Assembly (NCBI GenBank): GCA_964621065.1
Contig: CAZULG010000002.1
Location: 61,878 to 125,877, forward strand
Reading direction: 5' to 3'
Length of the DNA: 64,000 bases
DNA from: an uncultured Methanosarcinales archaeon
GTDB taxonomy: Archaea; Nanobdellota; Nanobdellia; Woesearchaeales; UBA583
The notes beneath the pieces are model-generated. The model was not told the origin of the DNA. It worked only from the letters and a program-made list of their open reading frames with translations, and made no database searches. The position numbers were made by a program, and so were the translations under genes. Shown piece after piece: positions 45,931 through 54,000 of the stretch (its first letter is position 1; every line of letters begins with the position of its first letter).

Positions 45931-46734
45931 TTATTCTTCGCTCATCTCTTTCCATGCAACTTCAAAAAGTTGCTGAAGTGCTTGAGCAAAAAATGGTGTG
46001 TTAACCCATACTCCTATATCATATGCTGGATAGATATCTTTGTCATGTAGTGTCATGAAGAGAACTTCTTCTCCATCAATTACACAAAATCGCGCTTCAA
46101 TTTCATCAGTAAAGCGAATCTGGGCAACATCTTTTAATTCTTCTTTAATTTTTACTGCTTTATCAGTTTTAGGAGTGGCCATTTTAATTGAAACTCCTCT
46201 CTCAACTAATACTTCAAATACTCCTCGAAGTGCTTCAACCTTTCGTAAAAAACCAGTTGATGTTGTCATTAAAATAACTTCATCTTCTGCATTTTTAACC
46301 ATTGCTTCCAAATGGTTGTATAAGTTATATCTACCTTTCAATGCTCCCGATAAATCACTAGGTTCAACAAGTTGAATTCCTTGCTCGTGAAGTTGCTCTA
46401 GATCTTGTAAAACTTCGCTATCTCTTAGTGATTCGAGTTTTCCAATTTTTTCTTCTGATTTTTCAGCAACTCTTTTCTTAACTCTATCAATAACATCTTT
46501 TGGAGAAATTGCAATATATTTGATAGGTTTTCCAAGTTTTACCATTACAAATCCTTTTTTTTCTAGTGATTCTAATACATCGTATGTTCTAGATCTAGGG
46601 ACAATTGCAAGGTCACTTAACTCGCCAGCAGTTGCAACTTTTCGTGATAATAAAGCAGTCCAAATTTTAACTTCATATAAATTTAAACTGAAATACTGTC
46701 GTAGCATGTTTAGGAATTCTTCTTTAACAATCAT
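45931..46734 (-). CDS. TrmB-family transcriptional regulator
   Basis: wHTH LNLYEVKIWTALLSRKVATAGELSDLAIVPRSRTYDVLESLEKKGFV plus a TrmB-type C-terminal domain. Confidence 0.8.
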   Translation of the reverse strand: MIVKEEFLNMLRQYFSLNLYEVKIWTALLSRKVATAGELSDLAIVPRSRTYDVLESLEKKGFVMVKLGKPIKYIAISPKDVIDRVKKRVAEKSEEKIGKLESLRDSEVLQDLEQLHEQGIQLVEPSDLSGALKGRYNLYNHLEAMVKNAEDEVILMTTSTGFLRKVEALRGVFEVLVERGVSIKMATPKTDKAVKIKEELKDVAQIRFTDEIEARFCVIDGEEVLFMTLHDKDIYPAYDIGVWVNTPFFAQALQQLFEVAWKEMSEE

Positions 46735-46895
46735 TTTTATTTATTTTAATACAACCATATTTATAAAGTTTCTTTGGTCAAGCCTAATTCAATTTAAATT
46801 ATCAACTCAACAACGAATACTTTATGTAACTTGGTTATGATAGTAATTTTATTATAGAACTCATTTATAAATATTTGTATTCTAAAATCCGAAAA

Positions 46896-47447
46896 TTATC
46901 CATAAAAAGAGAAATTACTTTTTTTCATCGTTATTTTATGATATGTTACGTTCAACTCAGCTTGCATTGCGGAGATAGTTAGAGCGAGAAATACTAAAAA
47001 AACAAGGAGAATATATGCACCCAGAAAATATGCAAACATACCAAAACTACCTAATAAAATTCCTGCAAACCACACAATTGGTCTGCTTTTAGTAACATAT
47101 GAAAAAGAAACACACAACTCCATAATATATTTGAGTGCGAGAATATAAATTAGAATATATACAGTCACTTCTATAAGTGTAAAAACAAAATTTTCATTAA
47201 TTATTTGCTTAGTGAATGTCATTAAAAAAAACCAAATGAATGGAAATACGACAAGTAGTATTGCTCCTCGTGTAGAATTAGGAGCATCATCATCTAATCG
47301 TTCTAAATCCTTGTTTAATGAGTATATCCACGCAAAAATGTATAATCCTAATGATACTATAATAAGACCTAAAATGAAGGCTGGGTTTTTTTCTTCAAAA
47401 TTATAAAAAAACTCATGCAGTTCTCTAGAATTGAATTTGGGATTCAT
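46896..47447 (-). CDS. Hypothetical integral membrane protein (about 5 TM)
   Basis: Hydrophobic 183-aa ORF; no motif recognised. Confidence 0.45.
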   Translation of the reverse strand: MNPKFNSRELHEFFYNFEEKNPAFILGLIIVSLGLYIFAWIYSLNKDLERLDDDAPNSTRGAILLVVFPFIWFFLMTFTKQIINENFVFTLIEVTVYILIYILALKYIMELCVSFSYVTKSRPIVWFAGILLGSFGMFAYFLGAYILLVFLVFLALTISAMQAELNVTYHKITMKKSNFSFYG

Positions 47448-47557
47448 GTATAAATATAATTCTAGGGAGTATTTTTAAGAATTTATGCTACTACTTATAA
47501 AAAAGAGTTTAACATTTAGATGAATTTGTTTTTGTTGTGCTAAACTATTATTAAGGG

Positions 47558-47734
47558 TTAATTGGATGTGTATTCAACATATGAACATTTTCCACAATGG
47601 TATCGACTAGGGTTATTATATTTACCAAGATATACACCTTTTCCGCATTTAGGGCATTCTTTTCTTCCTTCTTTAATCATATTCCATTTTTGAGATGGTT
47701 TTGATGATGCTTTTTTTTCTTTAGATTTTCCCAT
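47558..47734 (-). CDS. rps27ae: Ribosomal protein eS31 (S27ae)
   Basis: Missed by the ORF track (58 aa). My translation: MGKSKEKKASSKPSQKWNMIKEGRKECPKCGKGVYLGKYNNPSRYHCGKCSYVEYTSN*. It has the C4 zinc ribbon CPKCG..CGKC. Confidence 0.8.
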   Translation of the reverse strand: MGKSKEKKASSKPSQKWNMIKEGRKECPKCGKGVYLGKYNNPSRYHCGKCSYVEYTSN

Positions 47735-47736
47735 TT

Positions 47737-48228
47737 TTATTCAAGTTCCTCGCTCAATTCGTTACTATACTTACCAGCTTTTACATCTGCAATAAATACT
47801 TTTGGTTTTTTACCATCAATTTTAACACCAAGAGAGTAACACGTTCCTGCAATTTCTCTCACTGCTGCTGATTGTGTATTTGCAAGTAGAGAATCTTGTT
47901 TCATACGAGCAACTTTTTTGATTTGATCAACTGACATATCAGCCACGTATGTTTGAGATGGAGTTGCAGAACCTGATTTAATTCCAAGTTCTGATTTAAT
48001 TAGTTGTGATGCAGGAGGAGTTCCAATTTTAATTGTATACTCTTTTGTTTTTGTATCAACTGTTACTTTAACAGGAACTTTCATCCCTTTAAAGTCTGCT
48101 GTTTTGCTATTAATATCTGCAACAACTTGTCCAATATTTACTTTCATAGGTCCAAGGGCTGGACCTAGAGGAGGAGCTGCAGTTGCTTTTCCACCTTCTA
48201 TTAATACATCTATAGTTTCTTTTGTCAT
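47737..48228 (-). CDS. rpl11: Ribosomal protein uL11
   Basis: ..GGKATAAPPLGPALGPMKVNIGQVV..; not followed by L1, L10 or L12. Confidence 0.9.
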   Translation of the reverse strand: MTKETIDVLIEGGKATAAPPLGPALGPMKVNIGQVVADINSKTADFKGMKVPVKVTVDTKTKEYTIKIGTPPASQLIKSELGIKSGSATPSQTYVADMSVDQIKKVARMKQDSLLANTQSAAVREIAGTCYSLGVKIDGKKPKVFIADVKAGKYSNELSEELE

Positions 48229-48699
48229 TTTTCTTTTTACCCACTATTTTTCAGGGTAAGTTTGAGTTCACTCATATTCTTATAATAAAGCGACCTTTCA
48301 ATAATTGTTAACCAATTCTATTGATTAAAGGTTAATGAGTATAATTTTCTAATAGTATTAGAAATTACACTAACCTCACTAATCTAATTGAGTTTATAAA
48401 TGTTTATTTTCTAAATCTCTATTCAAAAAAATGAGTCATAAATAGAATTTTAAATGTAGTATCCTTTTAAGTATATACATTAGTTAATAATTTAACTAAG
48501 TTTGAAATGATACTTTGAAAGGGTTTAGATGCAAAATTTCTTTGTATGATGAAGATAAAAATAAAAATAAAAAAATGAGAGCACTCATGATTTTTAAGGA
48601 ACATTGAGACATTGTAAATCTAATTTAATTGAAAAATAAACTTAGAATGATTTTCTCCTAAAAATTTTATTAATTAAAAATTTTAATTCAATAAATTTG

Positions 48700-49155
48700 A
48701 GGAATAAAAAAATTGCATAAGCAATTTTCATTCTCAAATTATACCAAAATACACTCAACACCATTTCTTTTTTCTTCAAAAATTGATTCTTTAAATGTAA
48801 ATTTCGAAAAAAAAGAATTTGATTATTCTCTACATCTATTAAAATATTTAATTTATGAAATGGATTTTTAGGTTTTCAAATGATTTAGTTATTTTTAATG
48901 TTTTATATAATACGAAGATTTAGACTCAGAATTAATCCCTGATATATCAATTGCTACGATTTTAGAATTTAAATTTAAAAGAGTTTTTTCAATAAATTTT
49001 CTAAGAAAGTTAAGTGAGAAGTATTTGAACCAATGATGAAGAGTTGAACGAGTTGGATTCTTTTTGAGTTGTGACCAACTTTTCCATTTAGTCTCTCTAG
49101 ATTCACTGCAAAAATCTCGAAGAGATTTTTTAAAGCGAATGAAAAGGAGCACCAT
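48700..49155 (-). mobile_element. Fragmented DDE transposase gene (IS4/IS5-like), non-functional
   Basis: The 86-aa ORF ..SLRDFCSE..PTRSTLHHWFKYFSLNFLRKFIEKTLLNLNSKIVAIDISGINSESKSSYY resembles the HTH-to-first-Asp region. After the stop, a shifted frame reads ..KNPFHKLNILIDVENNQILFF (second-Asp-like). No intact ORF or terminal inverted repeats were found. Confidence 0.35.
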
Positions 49156-49446
49156 ATAAACTTGTTGATAATTGGTATATAATTTACAACCTCGCTTAAA
49201 ATTGTGGCTGTTTAACTTTAAAGAGAAGCAAATTCTTATAATTTACCTATGAAAATTATTATTAAACTGGTAGAAGTAGTTCATAAAAAATAACTAATTT
49301 ACCTATTTTTAAATTAATTTCACTCATAAAGTTTAGTTAAATAAATTTTCGAACAGAGCCTATTCTTTTAAAATTAACACTTTATATCTATAAACCTAAT
49401 TATAGCATTTAAAATAATAACTTGAAAATAATCAATATTAAATTGA

Positions 49447-49683
49447 TTATTCTGCTACTTTAGATTCTTTTTCTTCTAAGTCTAGAAATGTTACATCAAC
49501 AGCTTGTTTCCCCCTTTGAGTTTCTTGTGGCTCAAAATCAACTCTTTGCTCATCTGCTTCTTTAATATTTCCTTGATTTTCAGGGAGTTGTGTGTAGTGA
49601 ACGAAATATTCGTCTCCACTTTCTTCTTCTTTAATGAATCCATATCCCTTCTCTGTGTTGTACCATTTAAATGTTCCTTTCAT
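49447..49683 (-). CDS. Cold-shock domain protein (CspA-like) with acidic C-terminal tail
   Basis: MKGTFKWYNTEKGYGFIKEE..DEYFVHYTQL: RNP1 (KGYGFI) and RNP2 (FVHY) motifs. Confidence 0.85.
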   Translation of the reverse strand: MKGTFKWYNTEKGYGFIKEEESGDEYFVHYTQLPENQGNIKEADEQRVDFEPQETQRGKQAVDVTFLDLEEKESKVAE

Positions 49684-50460
49684 TTTTAATTAATATTTAA
49701 GAATAACAACTATGAATTTGATATTACTATTAAAACATACTATCTATAATCTTTATGTACTCTTAAATAATTAATATTAAGGCCTAGTGATTAATAAAGT
49801 TATGTGTTATTTGAGAAGTTATTATTATTAAATATAGTTACTTTTTTGAATAGGAGTTGGTAAATACGAATTGTCTAAGTCTTCCAGAGGAGGTATTAAA
49901 ATTCCTATCAGGTTAAGTACTCAACTATCTCTATTTGAGTTGGAGAAAAATAACATTGAGAAGGAACTTCTAGTTTGTAATATAAAAAAGTACCCACTTC
50001 CACCTATGCTCTTGAAAGATTTGTTCCATTGCCTCATTTGTATTTATTCCATTAATTCCAAATTTATTACTTGCAATGAAAAATTTCTCATCTTTAAAAT
50101 CAAATATTTAAGAGTAAATATCAATTTTTTAATCACTCTTATTTCTTTTAACAATTGAATAACAATAAGGAGAAGTTCTTAATTTTATAAAAAAATTAAA
50201 ACTTTTTATAAGTAATCTTGGTTTTTTGATCAATAAATAATGTAGTTTTGTTTTTGAATCTTTAATTAGTCTAAAATTATTTTTACTATTTTTATCAATT
50301 CTTTTAACTAAACTCATATTGTAATATAAATATTATTGTTTAGTAGTTTTTGTAGTCGGGTAGCATATGTAACTTGACTACACACTCACTTAATAAATTG
50401 AAAAAAACTCAATTGTAAAATATCTATCATAGTTTTATATATCTTTTATATTATATATAA

Positions 50461-50745
50461 TATGAAACAAACTAAATTTTATCAAAGTGAAAATGAGACT
50501 TCAACAAAAGAATTGAATTTGAAACTGTCTTCTTATTTATTTGAAGAACCTCAAAGTTATTCTAAATCATCTAAGTATACAAATATGCAAGAATTAATTT
50601 GAGAAGCTATAAGTGATAAATTGTTTAATTCAAAGTTCAAGAGGAGCATATTGAGAAGATTCTCTCAAGCACTGATTACCAAGAAACAATTGGACATAAA
50701 AAAAAGTCTAGAGCCACTCCATCAACTTCAACAGTATGCAAATGA
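50461..50745 (+). pseudogene. Ribbon-helix-helix (CopG-like) antitoxin-type gene with in-frame TGA
   Basis: MKQTKFYQSENETSTKELNLKLSSYLFEE..YTNMQELI*EAISDKL.. The RHH layout is interrupted where an Arg codon is expected. TGA is a genuine stop in this genome (trxB ends in TGA). Confidence 0.35.
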
Positions 50746-51029
50746 ATAAAAAAGAGTTTGAATTCACAAAAAACTTTGATTTAAAAAAATCAAAGGGAAA
50801 GAAGCACAAAATGTTATTATTAAAATTAATAAAATAATCAGTTGTGAGAATATTAATCATTATAAAACCTTTAACACAAAGTTAAATTTCTCAAGCGAAG
50901 TTCATGTTAATTCTTCTTATGTTATTTCATTTTAAGATAAAAATAAAAAAATTATTTTTGTAGGTTACGAACATTATGACAAAATATATAAGAAATAATT
51001 CAAGTTTGCAGAGCAAAATTATAAAAAAT

Positions 51030-54000
51030 TTATTTTCTTCCAAATGCAAACCAGGAGAAGAAATCATCTTCCTCTTTTTCATCTTCTAATTTTTTCTCTC
51101 GAATTTCTTTTGATCGCTCTTGTGCAACTTCTTTTCCTTTTGAAATTGGAACGCTCTTCCACGAATCTTTTAAATAATTACAATCACGAATAATTGAAGA
51201 ATTCAACTGTTTAAACGCAGGAGTTGTAAGTGTACTAGCGTATGTTTTTGAGAGTCTCTTTTCTTCATCACCAATGAACTTTTGAATTCTCTTTTTCACT
51301 TGCTTTAGTTCATCTTGAAACTCTGATTTTGTTGTTGCTTGTTGATTTGCACTGTAAAAGTGAGTAAGTAATTCAATATAAGATTTCTCATACACCTCTC
51401 TAAATTCTAAGATGAATTGTTTATATTCTTCAAATTCATCAACACTTAGTGTTGTATTTTTAATCTCTTGTACTTTTTGCTCAAACTCTCTAAATTCAAC
51501 ATACTTCTCTAGTTGTGTTCTAAGTTGCTCTAATTCTTCATGTACTTGGCTTTGTGTTTGCTCAATTACTTCTTGAGAAATTGTTTGAGTCGTTGTTGTC
51601 ATCTCTTCTTGAAGTGAGTTGAATGTTGAATCAACACGCTCTTCTAATTGAGTAATCTCTTCTTGAAGTGATTGAATGTTTGATAGATCTTCAATTTCTA
51701 TTTGTTGATTATCAACTCTTCCTCTCAACTCATCTACAGTTTTAATGACTTCTTCAAGTGCTGAGGAGTCAAACTCGACTGAATTTTGAATTGTCTCAAT
51801 ATGACTCTCAACTCGCTCTTCAACACTCTTCTCAATTGTATTTGTCACTTCTTCACGAATCTCCTCTCTAAACTCTGTATTTGACTGCTCTGATTGTTCA
51901 AGTGAATTATACTGCTCAGCTAACTCTTCTAATTGTTTTTGAACTGAGTTGAGTTGAGTTGTAATTTCATCTTTACTCATAATTTTTTGATCAAGTACTG
52001 AGACTTCGTGTTGCATTTCTTCTCTCATCTCACTTGAGACTTCTTCAACTGAGTGTGTAACACTCTCAATTCTCTCTTGTAGCTCTTGAATTGTTTGTGA
52101 TAATTCTTCAACCTCTTCTTTTTGTGCGTACTCCTCACTATCAAAGTTTTGAACTTCATCACTATCAACTTTTTTAGCGTCAAGTTCTTGCACTCTCTGC
52201 TCAATTGCTTCAAGTTGAGATGTCAATTCTTTGAGTTGTTTTTGCAAAGCTTCTTCATCAACTTCTTGAGGAATTTCAAGTGCGTTGAGTTGTTCTTGTA
52301 ACTCGCTCACTTGCTCTTGAAGAGGTTGAATACTCGCATTCACACTCTCTTGTTGCTCTTCAATTACTTCACTCACGTGAGTTTCAACTGTTGAGTCTAC
52401 TCGTTCTTGTATTGATGAGTCTACTTGTTCAATTTGTTCTTGTAATTGTGTAATTTGTTCATTAAAAGAGTTGATTTGTTCTTGAGTTTTTCTCACTTCT
52501 TCAACCATTTCATCATCTTGCTCTGATTCATTTTGTTCAATTTGTGTAGATAATTCCTCTGTTTTCTCTTGAATTGTATTAATAAGTTCTTGTAATTCTT
52601 CAATTTTCTCAGAGTACTCTTCAACTTCTTCACTGAGTTGAGACTGTGTGACAAATTCTTCAGTATCGAAATCTTGAACTTCATCACTATCAACTTTTCT
52701 CTCATCCATTGACTCAACATCTGTTGAAAGGGTTGTGATTTTCTCTTGGAGTTCTTCAATTGTGTCTTGAAGTGTTGTCACTGATTCTGCTGAAGCGAAT
52801 AATTCTTCATTAATGTAGGGAATTTCAATTGAGTTGAATTGCTCTTGAAGACCCCTGAATTCTTCTTTAAGTGATTGCATTTGCTCTTCAATATCTCCTT
52901 TTTGCTCTTCAATTGTCTCACTCACTTGAGTCTCAACAGTTGTTGTAATTTTCTCCTCAACACTCAAATCTAATTGTTCAAATTTCTCTTTAATCTCATC
53001 AAATTCAACTCGCTGCGCTTTATCTGCATCAAGTAAAGAGATATTTGTATCATTTTGCTCAACTCGCTCATATAATTCACTAATTTGTTCTTCATATGTT
53101 TGAATTTGTGTACGAAGTGCTTCAATTTGTTGGGTTATATCTTCTTGCGCTTTTTTCAATGTTTCAATTTCTTTATCATCTTGCTCTGATTCTTGAGAAG
53201 TATTCTCTTCAACTCGAGTTGATAATTGCTCAGTTGTTTGATGTAATGTATCAATGAGTTCTTGTAATTCTTCAATTTTCTCAGAGTACTCTTCAACTTC
53301 TTCACTGAGTTGAGATTGTGTTACATACTCATCAGTATCGAAATCTTGAACTTCATCATTATCAACTTTTCTCTCATCCATTGACTCAACATCTGTTGAG
53401 AGTGTTGTGATTTTCTCTTTGAGTGAATCAATTTCTTCTTGGAGCTCACTTAAAGATTGTGTTGATGCGAATAATTCTTCATTAATGTGGGGGATTTCAA
53501 TTGAGTTGAATTGCTCTTGAAGTGATTGTACATCTTCATGAGTTGCAAATTGTTCTTTTAATTCATCAAATTGTTTATTTGAATTTTCTTCACTTTGACT
53601 CATCTGCTCAACTCGCTCATCTAACTCACTAATTTGATTAATAATATCTTCAAGTTGGGTTTCAAGTGATTGAATGGACTCTTGCAATCTAGAGGTATCT
53701 TCTTGAGATTGTAGCTCTTCAATTTTCTCGCTCACTGTTTCAACTCGCTCATATAACTCTTCTCTACTTTCTTGAATTTGTTGTGTAACAATTTCTTGTG
53801 AAACAACAGGTTCTGTATGCTCTAACTCTTCAAGTTTCTCTTGCACTGAATTGAGAGATGTTTGAAGTGAAATAATTTGATCAGCCATTTCATCAACTGT
53901 TTCAATATTTGCTTTTGCAGAATCAACTGCTGAGAGGTCTGAATCAAGTGTTTCAATATCTGTGTCTAAACTCTCAACTTTTGAGCGTACTTCTTCAAAT

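Noticed and set aside
50341-50375. Short hairpin GTAGTC..GACTAC in the spacer downstream of the giant gene region
   Set aside because: It has a 6-bp stem with an 18-nt loop, no repeat elsewhere and no adjacent gene context, so it is not distinguishable from chance.
50461-50745. UGA recoding (alternative genetic code)
   Set aside because: TGA is used as the stop of trxB (62392-62394) at the expected protein end. The only in-frame TGA seen is in a gene sitting among other pseudogenes.
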